This document shows positions 20,233-29,782 of a stretch of DNA of 51,799 bases, in pieces; the first letter of the stretch is position 1, and each line of letters begins with the position of its first letter. Both the position numbers and the translations under genes were made by a program. Source of the DNA: Candidatus Pacearchaeota archaeon. Lineage in GTDB: Archaea; Nanobdellota; Nanobdellia; Pacearchaeales; GW2011-AR1. The DNA lies in contig JAFCFX010000003.1 in the NCBI GenBank assembly GCA_017608405.1, forward strand, positions 1 through 51,799, read 5' to 3'. The notes beneath the pieces were generated by a model. It was not told the DNA's origin and did not search any database. It was given only the letters and a program-made list of their open reading frames with translations.

Positions 20233-20427
20233 ATGAAAAATCCACTAAAAATGGTTGGAGTAATCTTATTCTTAGTTGGACTTATTCTTACTCTAAACTC
20301 CCTTCCAGGAATTACAGGAAATGTAATTGGGGGGGGAATAAGTAATGATCTTGGTTCTATTTTTGGATTAGCACTCGTAGTTATTGGGGGAATTGTATTT
20401 TTATCTCAAGCTAAAGAAAAAAACTAA
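20233..20427 (+). CDS. Small two-TM protein with GITGNVI motif
   Basis: TM-PGITGNVI-TM; TATA-like ATATATAA upstream. Confidence 0.7.
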   Translation: MKNPLKMVGVILFLVGLILTLNSLPGITGNVIGGGISNDLGSIFGLALVVIGGIVFLSQAKEKN

Positions 20428-21830
20428 GTATAACTTGGCATTCCGTGGGCTTTCTTATAAATATCAAATAAAGTAAATACTGTTGCTTTTGCATTTTCTG
20501 ATGCTAAGGTTCTTAAGTAAGTTTTTTCTGTCCAATCATCTGGCTTAATTATTATGTCTTTTGGCTCTTGTTTTTTTTCTGGTTTTGGCTTTGCAGGCTT
20601 ATCATAGGTTCCAACTAATGCTAAAAAAGGATTTGAAGAATCTTTTGTCTTTTTTATTTCTTCTTTGTCTTTTTCTTCTAAAAAGAAATCTATTTCTTCT
20701 TGTAATTGGCCAAGACTTTCTGTTGTTGTTCCTTCAATCAATTGTAAAACATCGTGCATATCTGATTTTTTAACTTCTTGATTAACTTTTGCAACTTCAT
20801 CATCATTTAATGCATAAGCTCTGAGGGTTATTTCGGCTCTTCCTCCAAAAACATAATTAGCCTGTTGAGTCTGCATTCTAGAAGGGAGACCTCTAAATTT
20901 AAAATCAACTAAAATGCAAGAGTGATAATCTCTTTTTAGTGATCTAAGAAAACCTTCTTTTGTAAAATCAGTAGGCAATTTTCCTTGAAGTGCAGATTCT
21001 TTTACTTTTAATTTAGATTTTCCAAAAAGAGTTAATTCAAGCAATATTGTGCTAAAAGTTTTTACTAAATCTGGATTTGTTCCCATCTCCCCCATTTCAA
21101 GCTGAGATGCTGCTCGCAAATAAGGTTTTGCCCATCGGGAATAAAGTTTCAAACTATTAACTTGGCTTCTTAAATATGTTTTTTCAAGTTCATATCTTTT
21201 TCTTAATTCTACTCCAGAATGTTTAAGCCAAGTATTAAATTCTTGAATTCTTGGAAATAAAATTCTCTTAACTATATCGTTTAAATCTAATTTATTTACA
21301 TCTTTAGCATCGTCAACAGCTAGAAATGCATCAAGTAAAGTGGTAAATCCTGCTTGACCCAAAGCCATTGCCTTTATACTTGAATTTGCTTTAGTTATAT
21401 CTACCTTATCTAGCCAGATTTGTTTTAAGGCTAGTTTTGCTGCCTTATTTATTTCTACATCATTTGATTTTAAATCATCATAACTTTCTAATCTAATTCT
21501 AAATTCTTTTAAATCATAAATAATATTTAACACACTTCTCAAGACCATGTTTATGTCTGCTAGCAATTTAGCTCCTTGTTGTTGCATTATTGTGGCTCTT
21601 TGTCCTAGTTCTGCAAAATGTCCTGAACCAGGTGTTGAAGTAAAATTATCGATTAATTTTTCTGGTGCAAGTCCAAAATCATTCATTAAATCTAGTAAGA
21701 AAAAATAAATTGGTTCGAGGGTTTCTGAGGATGAATCATAAATTAATGTGTGGACTTCTTCTGGACCTTTTTTTTTCTTATAATAAGGAACGACTTCTTC
21801 AATAATTTCAGCTATTGTTCTTACGACCAT
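20424..21830 (-). CDS. Hypothetical protein
   Basis: 468-aa helical ORF; no recognisable catalytic motif. Confidence 0.75.
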   Translation of the reverse strand: MVVRTIAEIIEEVVPYYKKKKGPEEVHTLIYDSSSETLEPIYFFLLDLMNDFGLAPEKLIDNFTSTPGSGHFAELGQRATIMQQQGAKLLADINMVLRSVLNIIYDLKEFRIRLESYDDLKSNDVEINKAAKLALKQIWLDKVDITKANSSIKAMALGQAGFTTLLDAFLAVDDAKDVNKLDLNDIVKRILFPRIQEFNTWLKHSGVELRKRYELEKTYLRSQVNSLKLYSRWAKPYLRAASQLEMGEMGTNPDLVKTFSTILLELTLFGKSKLKVKESALQGKLPTDFTKEGFLRSLKRDYHSCILVDFKFRGLPSRMQTQQANYVFGGRAEITLRAYALNDDEVAKVNQEVKKSDMHDVLQLIEGTTTESLGQLQEEIDFFLEEKDKEEIKKTKDSSNPFLALVGTYDKPAKPKPEKKQEPKDIIIKPDDWTEKTYLRTLASENAKATVFTLFDIYKKAHGMPSYT

Positions 21831-22030
21831 ATAAAAGACAGAGGAATATATCTTTAAAAAAGGTTTCTACATTATAGAAAGAATTCTTATTTTATAATGG
21901 GTAAAAGAAGCTCCAGTATATAAAATTTGCCCCTGTTTTGCGACGGCAAAAAAGCTTTATAAAGTAATTTGCCTTTTTTATATTAAATCGTCTAGAAAAA
22001 GCTTGGATTAAGAGCCAATTGGGGAATTTT

Positions 22031-22141
22031 TCATAAATCTTCCTCTTCATCTAAGGACTCTTCTGGAAATCGATCATCATGTTCATATTCAGCTTCCCTA
22101 TAATCCCGAATTGAATTACCAATACCAATTCGTTTTATCAT
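22031..22141 (-). CDS. Putative small acidic protein (36 aa), not in ORF track
   Basis: MIKRIGIGNSIRDYREAEYEHDDRFPEESLDEEEDL; minus-strand TTTATATA about 25 nt upstream. Confidence 0.45.
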   Translation of the reverse strand: MIKRIGIGNSIRDYREAEYEHDDRFPEESLDEEEDL

Positions 22142-22190
22142 AAAAAATCAAGGGTGCTGAAATATATAAACTTATGTAAAAGTGTTTAAA

Positions 22191-23975
22191 ATGAAAAATC
22201 GGCGTGGAGAAAAAATCAATTTTAAGTATAATGTTAGAGAATACTGGAAGATCCTTAAGCAGTATAAGGCCTTGTTTTTTTCACTCTTAGTTATTTCTCT
22301 AATAGTTGAATCTTTATTTATTGTTGACAAATTCTTATTTAAAAGAATTATTGATGATGGAAGCGAGTTTATTGCAGGAACAATTCTTCAAAATGTTTTT
22401 GTTCAAGTCTTAATAGTAATTTTATTAATTTTTATTGGGATTGTTATTTTAAGGACAATTGGGAAGTGGGTCATACTACATTTAATGAATATCTTAACTT
22501 CTAAGATGATAAAGGACATAAAAACAAAATATTTTAATCATATTTTAAGATTATCTCATAATTTTCATACCACTAACAAGACAGGTTCTTTAATTTCAAG
22601 ATTGGGAAGGGGTTCTGGAGCTGTTGAAAATATGACTGATATCTTAGTCTTTAATATGGCTCCTTTATTTTTTCAATTATTTATTGTAGGACTATCACTC
22701 ATATATTTTAGTTGGGCTTCTGCATTAACTATTCTCATTATTACAATCTTATTTGTTACTTACAGCTTTATTATCCAGCACAAACAACAAAGTTCCAAAT
22801 TAAGATTTATTCGTTCACAAGACATTGAAAAAGGATTTATTGGGGATATTTTTACAAATGTTGATACAATTAAGTATTATGGGAAAGAAAATATTATTGA
22901 ATCAAGATTTAATAAATTAACAAGTTTAACAAGAAAAAACGCACTTAAGTATTGGGGATATTTTAGATGGTTTGATGCAGGACAGATCTTTATTCTTGGT
23001 TTAGGAACCTTCTTATTAATTTACTTTCCATTGACTAGTTTCCTAGCAAAAGAAATAACTCTTGGCACCCTTGTATTTATATACACAATATATGGAAATG
23101 TTGTGGGCCCAATGTTTGGTTTTGTTTGGGGAATGAGGGGCTTCTATAGGTCAATGGCAGATTTTCAAGATTTATTTGAGTATGGAAAAGTAAAGAATGA
23201 TATCAAAGACAAACCAAATGCTTCTGAGATAAAAATAGAAAAAGGAACAGTAGAATTTAAAAATGTTGACTTTAGTTATGGGGAAAGAAAAATATTTAGA
23301 AAATTTAATCTAAATATAAAAGAAAATGAAAAAGTTGCATTGGTGGGACATTCTGGATCTGGAAAAACTACTTTAGTAAAACTCTTGAATAGATTTTATG
23401 ATGTGGATTCTGGACAAATCCTTATTGATGGTCAAGACATAAGAGATTTTAAACAAGAATCTGTGAGGGGAAAAACAGGGATTGTTCCACAAGAATGTAT
23501 TTTATTTGATGAGACAGTTTATAATAATATTAAATTTGCAAATCCAAAAGCTACAAGAAGAGAGATTCAAAGGGCAATAAAATTAGCTAGACTAGATAAA
23601 GTCATTAAACATTTTCCAAAAAAAGAAAACACTGTTGTTGGTGAAAGGGGGGTAAAACTTTCTGGAGGAGAAAAGCAAAGAGTTTCAATTGCAAGATCAA
23701 TATTAGCTAATAAGAAAATATTAGTATTAGATGAGGCAACTTCTGCTTTAGATTCTGAAACAGAATATGAAATTCAACAAGCTCTTAAAGAATTATTAAA
23801 AGGAAGGACTGCAATTATAATCGCACACCGTCTTTCTACTATTATGAATGCTGATAGGATTATTGTTTTAAAAGAAGGAAAAATAATCCAGCAAGGTAAA
23901 CATTCTGAGTTAATCAAAAAACCAGGAGAATATAATAAACTATGGAATCTTCAAAAAGGCGGATATATGGAGTGA
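22191..23975 (+). CDS. ABC exporter, fused permease + ATPase (ABCB/ATM1-like)
   Basis: Six TM segments, GHSGSGKT, LSGGEKQR, LDEATSALD, IAHRLST. Confidence 0.93.
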   Translation: MKNRRGEKINFKYNVREYWKILKQYKALFFSLLVISLIVESLFIVDKFLFKRIIDDGSEFIAGTILQNVFVQVLIVILLIFIGIVILRTIGKWVILHLMNILTSKMIKDIKTKYFNHILRLSHNFHTTNKTGSLISRLGRGSGAVENMTDILVFNMAPLFFQLFIVGLSLIYFSWASALTILIITILFVTYSFIIQHKQQSSKLRFIRSQDIEKGFIGDIFTNVDTIKYYGKENIIESRFNKLTSLTRKNALKYWGYFRWFDAGQIFILGLGTFLLIYFPLTSFLAKEITLGTLVFIYTIYGNVVGPMFGFVWGMRGFYRSMADFQDLFEYGKVKNDIKDKPNASEIKIEKGTVEFKNVDFSYGERKIFRKFNLNIKENEKVALVGHSGSGKTTLVKLLNRFYDVDSGQILIDGQDIRDFKQESVRGKTGIVPQECILFDETVYNNIKFANPKATRREIQRAIKLARLDKVIKHFPKKENTVVGERGVKLSGGEKQRVSIARSILANKKILVLDEATSALDSETEYEIQQALKELLKGRTAIIIAHRLSTIMNADRIIVLKEGKIIQQGKHSELIKKPGEYNKLWNLQKGGYME

Positions 23976-24016
23976 GATCCCCAAATCCTTATAAATAACT
24001 TGTTCTTACTTATTTT

Positions 24017-24391
24017 ATGGCGTGGTTTAGGAAAAAAGATAGAGTGATTGATTTAAGTGCAAGATATAAAAGAGAGCAAGAAAAAGCTGCTGAAATCGAA
24101 ACAGGTTCTCCAGAAACTGGTGTTGAATCTCCTTCTCAAAGTGCATTTGGTTTTCTTGGAAACTTAGCATCTGGAGGAAGCAGTTCTGAATCAACAAGTT
24201 CTGAAATAAGTAGTCCTGAATCAGATACAGGATATGTTGATGTTTCCGGGGGTTCAGATGAAAGAAAAAGAAAACTTGCAAAGAGACTTCTTGACATAAC
24301 AAACAAATTAGAAGAATTATCAAATCAAATTTATCACCTGCAACAAAAAGTTGAAGTTCTTGAACGAAAAATGGGTGTGGGTAATTATTGA
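24017..24391 (+). CDS. Hypothetical protein with C-terminal coiled coil
   Basis: VIDLS N-terminus, Ser-rich linker, heptad C-terminus. Confidence 0.7.
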   Translation: MAWFRKKDRVIDLSARYKREQEKAAEIETGSPETGVESPSQSAFGFLGNLASGGSSSESTSSEISSPESDTGYVDVSGGSDERKRKLAKRLLDITNKLEELSNQIYHLQQKVEVLERKMGVGNY

Positions 24392-24424
24392 AAAGTTTAT
24401 TAATCATATTTCTTTTAATTATAC

Positions 24425-25636
24425 ATGAAAGATTTTGAAAAAAAGACACGTGCATATGCTTTGAAAAATGCAATTGCTTACAAAGGCAAAGCTGTTCAAG
24501 GCGCTGTGATTGCTTGTTTATTTAATGAAGGTTTGAAAAAACAAGATATGAAAAAATATGCTAAGAAGATTTCTAAAATAATTTCTGAAGTAAATAAAAT
24601 TTCTTTAGAAGAACAAGAAAAAGAATATGAAAAACTTGAAAAACAGGTTTCTAAAAGAGTTATTCGGGAAGGATTGCCTGAGTTGCCCAATGTGAGTAAA
24701 AAGGGGGTTATTATGAGAAATTCACCTTCTCCGTCTGGTCCTTTGCATATTGGACATGCAATTATTTCTGGTTTAAGTATTGCCTATGTAAAGAAATATG
24801 GGGGCAAATTTATTTTGCGTATTGAAGATACAAACCCAGAAAATATTGATCCTAAAGCATATAAATTGTTAGAAAATGATGCAAGATGGCTTTATCCTAA
24901 AACAAAAATTATTATCCAGTCAGACAGGATGAATTTATATTATAAATATGCTGAAAAATTAATTAATAAAAAAACTGCTTATGTTTGTACTTGTTCAGCA
25001 GACAAGTTTAGAGAACTTGTAAAGCAAAAGAAAGCTTGTAATTGTAGAGAACTTTCTGTAAAAGAAAATTTAACAAGATGGAAAAATATGCTAAGTAAAT
25101 CTGGATATAAGCCTGGACAAGCTGTTTTAAGATTTAAATCATCTGAAGGAATGAAACATAAGAATCCTGCAATGAGAGACTTTCCTTTAGCCAGAGTAAA
25201 TTTAACAAAACATCCTCGGACAAAAAACAAGTATAGAGTTTGGCCTTTAATGAACTTGTCAGTAACTGCAGACGATATTGAAATGAAGATGACACATATT
25301 ATTCGAGGAAAAGATCATAGAGATAATGCAGAAAGACAAAAAATGATGTTTAAAGTACTGGGAAAGACATGTCCTTGGGTAGCTTTTATTGGAAGAATTC
25401 ATTTAAGGGGCATGGCATTATCTACAACAAAGATGCAAGAGGGAATAAAGTCTAAAAAATACAAAGGATGGGATGATCCTAGACTTCCTACCCTAATTTC
25501 ATTAAAAAAACAAGGTTATAAACCAGGAGCTTTTTTAAAATTTGCAGAAAAAATTAGTCTTGGAGAAAATGACAAGACTCTTGATAAATCAGAATATTTT
25601 ACTTTATTAAAGAATTTTAATAAATCTCGAGAATAA
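24425..25636 (+). CDS. gltX: Glutamate--tRNA ligase, archaeal type, lacking C-terminal anticodon-binding domains
   Basis: PSPSGPLHIGH, RIEDTNP, THIIRGKDH, LSTT, WDDPRLPTL. Confidence 0.88.
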   Translation: MKDFEKKTRAYALKNAIAYKGKAVQGAVIACLFNEGLKKQDMKKYAKKISKIISEVNKISLEEQEKEYEKLEKQVSKRVIREGLPELPNVSKKGVIMRNSPSPSGPLHIGHAIISGLSIAYVKKYGGKFILRIEDTNPENIDPKAYKLLENDARWLYPKTKIIIQSDRMNLYYKYAEKLINKKTAYVCTCSADKFRELVKQKKACNCRELSVKENLTRWKNMLSKSGYKPGQAVLRFKSSEGMKHKNPAMRDFPLARVNLTKHPRTKNKYRVWPLMNLSVTADDIEMKMTHIIRGKDHRDNAERQKMMFKVLGKTCPWVAFIGRIHLRGMALSTTKMQEGIKSKKYKGWDDPRLPTLISLKKQGYKPGAFLKFAEKISLGENDKTLDKSEYFTLLKNFNKSRE

Positions 25637-25696
25637 AAACATTTAAATAATTAATTTATGTAATTAATTTGTATAGTAATGAAAAGGAGGTTAAAT

Positions 25697-26164
25697 ATGA
25701 TAAAAAACAAAGCTGGTTTGTCAACTGTTGTAACTACTTTAATAATTATTCTATTAGTCTTAGTAGCTATTGGAATTATTTGGGTGGTTTTGAGGCCTAT
25801 TTTTGAAGGAGGGTCTGGAGAGATTGACATTGGAGCAAAATGTTTAAATGTAGAAGTTAGGGCTACAGGAGTTACTACTTGTAGTAGTACTGCTTGTACT
25901 GTTGCTCTTGCAAGATCAGGATCAAGTACAGAAGAAATTGCTGGTGTAAAATTAGTTTTTAGTAATAATACTGTCAGTCCTGTTGATGTAAGTGACATAG
26001 CTGATTATCCAAACGATGTACCTGCATTAGTAGGAGCAAGCACAGGAGCATTGACAATAGCTAATTTAGCTGTGAATCCAGATAAAGTAGAAATAACTGT
26101 CTACTTTAAAGATGAATCAGGAAACGAATTACTCTGCCCAAGTTCAACAGAATTTAACTTTTAA
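25697..26164 (+). CDS. Type IV pilin-like protein with class III signal peptide
   Basis: MIKNKAG|LSTVVTTLIIILLVLVAIGIIW prepilin motif; Cys-containing globular domain. Confidence 0.82.
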   Translation: MIKNKAGLSTVVTTLIIILLVLVAIGIIWVVLRPIFEGGSGEIDIGAKCLNVEVRATGVTTCSSTACTVALARSGSSTEEIAGVKLVFSNNTVSPVDVSDIADYPNDVPALVGASTGALTIANLAVNPDKVEITVYFKDESGNELLCPSSTEFNF

Positions 26165-26266
26165 TTTTTTATTTTTTTTATTTCTTATTTTTTAATAGTC
26201 AGTGGTAACTCTAAATATTCTTAGATTATCAAAAAGGTTTAAAAAGTCTAATTATTGAGAAATATT

Positions 26267-26305
26267 ATGAACACAGCTAAAAGCCGGAGTTGTCGGCATC
26301 ATTAA
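26267..26305 (+). promoter_or_regulatory. Putative leader peptide MNTAKSRSCRHH in a structured leader upstream of tRNA-His/hisS
   Basis: ATG 22 nt after TATA TTTAAAAA (26238-26245); ends CAT CAT TAA; overlaps stem CACAGCTA/TAGCTGTG. Confidence 0.35.
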
Positions 26306-26366
26306 TAAGAAAGATTTTTCTAGCTGTGCTAATATTTTTATACCATACTTAACTCAATTAAATAAT

Positions 26367-26438
26367 GGTGGATGTAGTATATTGGTAGTACGTGTGGTTG
26401 TGGTCCGCGAGAAGAGGGTTCGATTCCCTCCTTCCACC
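26367..26438 (+). tRNA. tRNA-His(GTG) with genome-encoded G-1
   Basis: G-1 GTGGATG...CTTCCAC C73; anticodon loop TTGTGGT; T-loop TTCGATT. Confidence 0.92.
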
Positions 26439-26441
26439 TTC

Positions 26442-26506
26442 GAACTTTGTTTGAGGTGGCTTACGAAATTCTTTAGAATTTCAGTTTCCGCCTTTAAGCC
26501 AAGTTT
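26442..26506 (+). repeat. Long hairpin in tRNA-His trailer capped by the ACGAAA...TTTCAGT element
   Basis: GAACTTTG..GAGGTGG..ACGAAATTCT TT AGAATTTCAGT..CCGCCTT..CAAGTTT. Confidence 0.65.
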
Positions 26507-26518
26507 TAGGAGATTAAA

Positions 26519-27688
26519 ATGAAAAATCAACCAGTCAAAGGATTTAGAGATGTTACAGGAAAGCAAGCTGAAAAAAGAGCATTTATTAGGGAAGTTATTA
26601 GAAGGACCTTTGAAAAATATAATTTTGAACAAGCAGAAACACCAATTATAGAATATGAAGAATTTGTTAAAGGGGAAAATACTCAAGATGATGCTATTTC
26701 AGATGTGTTTAAATTAAAAGATAAGGGAGACAGAAAGCTCGCCTTAAGATATGAATTTACTTTTCAATTAAAGAGACTCGCAGAAAATAAAAAACTCCCC
26801 TATAAAAGGTTTCAAATTGGATCTGTATTTAGAGATGAGCCAGCACAAGGAAATAGGTTAAGACAATTTACTCAGTGCGACATTGATACAATTGGGTCTA
26901 CAATAAAAGACGAGGCAGAAATACTCGCAGCAATAAAAGAAATTTTAAATGCATTAAAAACAAAATCTGTGATCTATATCAACAACAGAAAATTGCTTGA
27001 TGAAATTTTAAATGAATTAAATATTAAGCAAAAAGAACAGGTTATAAGAGAAATTGACAAACTTGATAAACTTCCTGAAAAAGAAGTAAAAGAAAATTTA
27101 AAAAAATTAAATGCAGAAAAAATTTTGAATATCATAGGCAATAAACAAGGTTTTTTTAAAAAATATAAAGCATATTCTGAAATTGAAGAATTAAAAAAAT
27201 ATTGCAAAAATTATGGATTTGAAGTTGTTTTTTCTCCTTCTCTAGCACGAGGCCTTAGTTATTATAATGGAAGTGTTTTTGAAATTAAGAGCCCGGGTAT
27301 TAAAGAAACAATTTGTGCAGGAGGAAGTTATCTTGTAAATAATATTCAATCAACAGGAATTTCATTGGGGCTTGAAAGACTTGAATTAGTCACAAAAATA
27401 ATTTTAAAAATAGAAAGAATTCTTGTTGTTTCTCTTAATGAAGATAAGAAAGCTATTCAAATTGCAAAGCAACTTAGGAAACAAAATAAAAACGTGACTA
27501 TTTTTTATGGTAAACCGTCCAAAGCAATGGAATATGCAAATGCATATGGTATGAAAAAAGTTGTTTTTGTTGGTGCACAAGAAATCAAAAAGAAAAAATT
27601 TAAGATAAAAGACATGAAAACAGGAAAAGAAAAAATTTTAGTTATTGAAAAAAGAACAAAAAAAGATCTTGTGTTAAATAGGGAATAA
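26519..27688 (+). CDS. hisS: Histidine--tRNA ligase
   Basis: PVKGFRD, LALRYEFT, VFRDE...RLRQFTQCDID, LARGLSYYNG.VFE, GLERL; AGGAG ribosome-binding site. Confidence 0.93.
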   Translation: MKNQPVKGFRDVTGKQAEKRAFIREVIRRTFEKYNFEQAETPIIEYEEFVKGENTQDDAISDVFKLKDKGDRKLALRYEFTFQLKRLAENKKLPYKRFQIGSVFRDEPAQGNRLRQFTQCDIDTIGSTIKDEAEILAAIKEILNALKTKSVIYINNRKLLDEILNELNIKQKEQVIREIDKLDKLPEKEVKENLKKLNAEKILNIIGNKQGFFKKYKAYSEIEELKKYCKNYGFEVVFSPSLARGLSYYNGSVFEIKSPGIKETICAGGSYLVNNIQSTGISLGLERLELVTKIILKIERILVVSLNEDKKAIQIAKQLRKQNKNVTIFYGKPSKAMEYANAYGMKKVVFVGAQEIKKKKFKIKDMKTGKEKILVIEKRTKKDLVLNRE

Positions 27689-27736
27689 TCATTACACCAC
27701 AATAATGCTTTAAAAAGCGGTCCTATTCTATTCCTC

Positions 27737-28294
27737 ATGGTGAGTGAAGAGGAACAAAAAAAGATTGATTTAGGATATTTAAGGGCTGCATGGAAATATG
27801 CACAAGATAATTCTCCTGATAAGAGTACTCAAAATGGAGCGGTAATTGTTAGAAGTAATAAAATATTTAATATAGCTCCTCTTAATATTATTTCGTATGG
27901 TGCTAATAACCTTTCTCCAGGAGTTGAAATTACTGAAGCAAGACTTGAAAGACCCTTAAAATATGAATTTACAGGACATGCTGAAGAAAATGCTATTATT
28001 AATGCTGCAAAAGCTGGAAAATGTACTGATGGAGGAATAATGTATGCTCCATGGTTTGCATGTGCTCCTTGCGGAAGACAAATAGTGAGGGCAGGAATAA
28101 AAAAAGTTATTGGTTCTAAATGGCCTGAAAAATGGTGGACAGAAAGACAGAATCCCGAAGATGGAAAAAATTGGTATGATAGTATCGGACTTGCTCTTGA
28201 AATGTTTAATGAAGCAGGTGTAAAATATCAGTGGGTTGATGGAGATATTGGTGGATTAGAAATTCTGTTTGACGGGATTATAAGAGAACCTTGA
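27737..28294 (+). CDS. dCMP deaminase-family zinc deaminase
   Basis: SPDKSTQNGAVI, HAEENAI, PWFACAPC. Confidence 0.85.
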   Translation: MVSEEEQKKIDLGYLRAAWKYAQDNSPDKSTQNGAVIVRSNKIFNIAPLNIISYGANNLSPGVEITEARLERPLKYEFTGHAEENAIINAAKAGKCTDGGIMYAPWFACAPCGRQIVRAGIKKVIGSKWPEKWWTERQNPEDGKNWYDSIGLALEMFNEAGVKYQWVDGDIGGLEILFDGIIREP

Positions 28295-29071
28295 TTATTT
28301 TGCTAAATCAAAAACAGCCCTCACATAAAAATCTTTGTTATTATATGCATAAATTGCATTTTCAAGGGTAGTTCTTTTTTCTTTAAAATAAGAAAGATAA
28401 CTTGCTACTGAAGATATGTTATTATCCATATCATAAACATCATCTCCTATAAACCACTTATTGAGAGAATAAGGTAAAAATTGAGCATGACCAGTTGCCC
28501 CTGCATAGCTTGATGTAAGTTTGAGAACATCAATATTTTTTTTATTTGAAAAAGTTAAAAGTTCTTCTAATTGATCAAAAGCAAATTGTTTTTTATAATC
28601 AGATAAATAAAGTGAAACATAGGCATTAAATGGATTAAAACTTCCCTCATTTTTTCCAAAATCAGATTCTATTGCTAAGACCGATGCAATTATTTCTTTT
28701 GGAATATTGTATTTTTCTTCTGCCTCTTTTAAATTAATTAGGTTCTTTTCAATAAAGAGTGGCATTTGTTGTTTTTTATTTTTAAACCCTATTTTTTCCT
28801 TATATTTTTCATAATCTGTTATTATTTTTTCTGGAGCCTTTTCAAATAATTCCTTGATATTAGGATAAACTTCAAATCTTGGGTCTGCAAGAAGACTATT
28901 AATATCAAATCCTTTTTGTTCTAGGTTAATTACAAGTGAATCAAGAGAATTATTTATTTGTCTTAATTCAAGAGGATCATTAGGAATAGGTATTTCTTTT
29001 TGTGTTGCATTTGTAACTGTTGAGAGGAGTAATAAACCTAAAGAGAAAACAGATGTTCTGAGGACATTCAT
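28295..29071 (-). CDS. Secreted lytic murein transglycosylase (MltB/SLT_2 family)
   Basis: Signal peptide; IIASVLAIESDFG (catalytic Glu), SSYAGATGHAQFLP, SVASYL, AIYAYN...YVRAV. Confidence 0.85.
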   Translation of the reverse strand: MNVLRTSVFSLGLLLLSTVTNATQKEIPIPNDPLELRQINNSLDSLVINLEQKGFDINSLLADPRFEVYPNIKELFEKAPEKIITDYEKYKEKIGFKNKKQQMPLFIEKNLINLKEAEEKYNIPKEIIASVLAIESDFGKNEGSFNPFNAYVSLYLSDYKKQFAFDQLEELLTFSNKKNIDVLKLTSSYAGATGHAQFLPYSLNKWFIGDDVYDMDNNISSVASYLSYFKEKRTTLENAIYAYNNKDFYVRAVFDLAK

Positions 29072-29736
29072 TCTATTTCAACTTCCATTTTCCAAGAATT
29101 TTTTGATCCTGAAATTTTTTTGTTTTTAATTTGCAATGGATTTTTAAATAAAGGGCAATCGAGAACAAAGGTTTCAAATTCTCCTCCTTCCCCTGCAATA
29201 TGAACCCTATATTTATTGTTAAGATCTATTGCATCATTAACAAATTGTTTATTGATTTCTCTTCCAAGCCAAGTTTTATCTAAGGGGTAAGCAAAAACCC
29301 CCACAATTATTACCTTGAAATTATTTTCAATTAATTCGTGAAGATATTTTAATTCGTCTTTTTGCCAAATTGGGTTTAAACATTTAAGATTTAATTTATC
29401 ACATATTTTTTGAATTCTTGAAGCTTGATATTCTGAAGCAATTGCTCCTGTTGCAATAGTATCAATTTTATATTTTGTTTTGGCTTTTTTTATTGCCTTT
29501 TCAAGATCTGCAAGTTCTTCTTCTTTTTGGCCTTTTGTTTTTTGAATAATTAAGGGAATTTGTATTGTTTTTGCTTGTTCTTCAACTCTCTTTATGTTTG
29601 GAGTATGAAACATATAAGATTCTTTATTTTCAGAAAAAACACTTATTAAACAAGACAATTCATATCCCTTTTGTTTTGCTTTATATGCTGCATAGCAAGA
29701 ATCTTTTCCGCCTGAAAATAGTACTCCTGCTTTCAT
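29068..29736 (-). CDS. Diphthine--ammonia ligase (Dph6, PP-loop)
   Basis: LFSGGKDS, SYMFH, GAIASEYQ, AGEGGEFET. Confidence 0.88.
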   Translation of the reverse strand: MKAGVLFSGGKDSCYAAYKAKQKGYELSCLISVFSENKESYMFHTPNIKRVEEQAKTIQIPLIIQKTKGQKEEELADLEKAIKKAKTKYKIDTIATGAIASEYQASRIQKICDKLNLKCLNPIWQKDELKYLHELIENNFKVIIVGVFAYPLDKTWLGREINKQFVNDAIDLNNKYRVHIAGEGGEFETFVLDCPLFKNPLQIKNKKISGSKNSWKMEVEIE

Positions 29737-29782
29737 AAATATGTCACAAAATAACACTATATAAATTTTTATAAATCTGTTA

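Noticed and set aside
14260..26305. GGCATCATTAA shared between the rpl10e start and the His leader uORF end
   Set aside because: 11-nt match with no extended similarity; the rpl10e copy is constrained by MASLR coding, so likely coincidence
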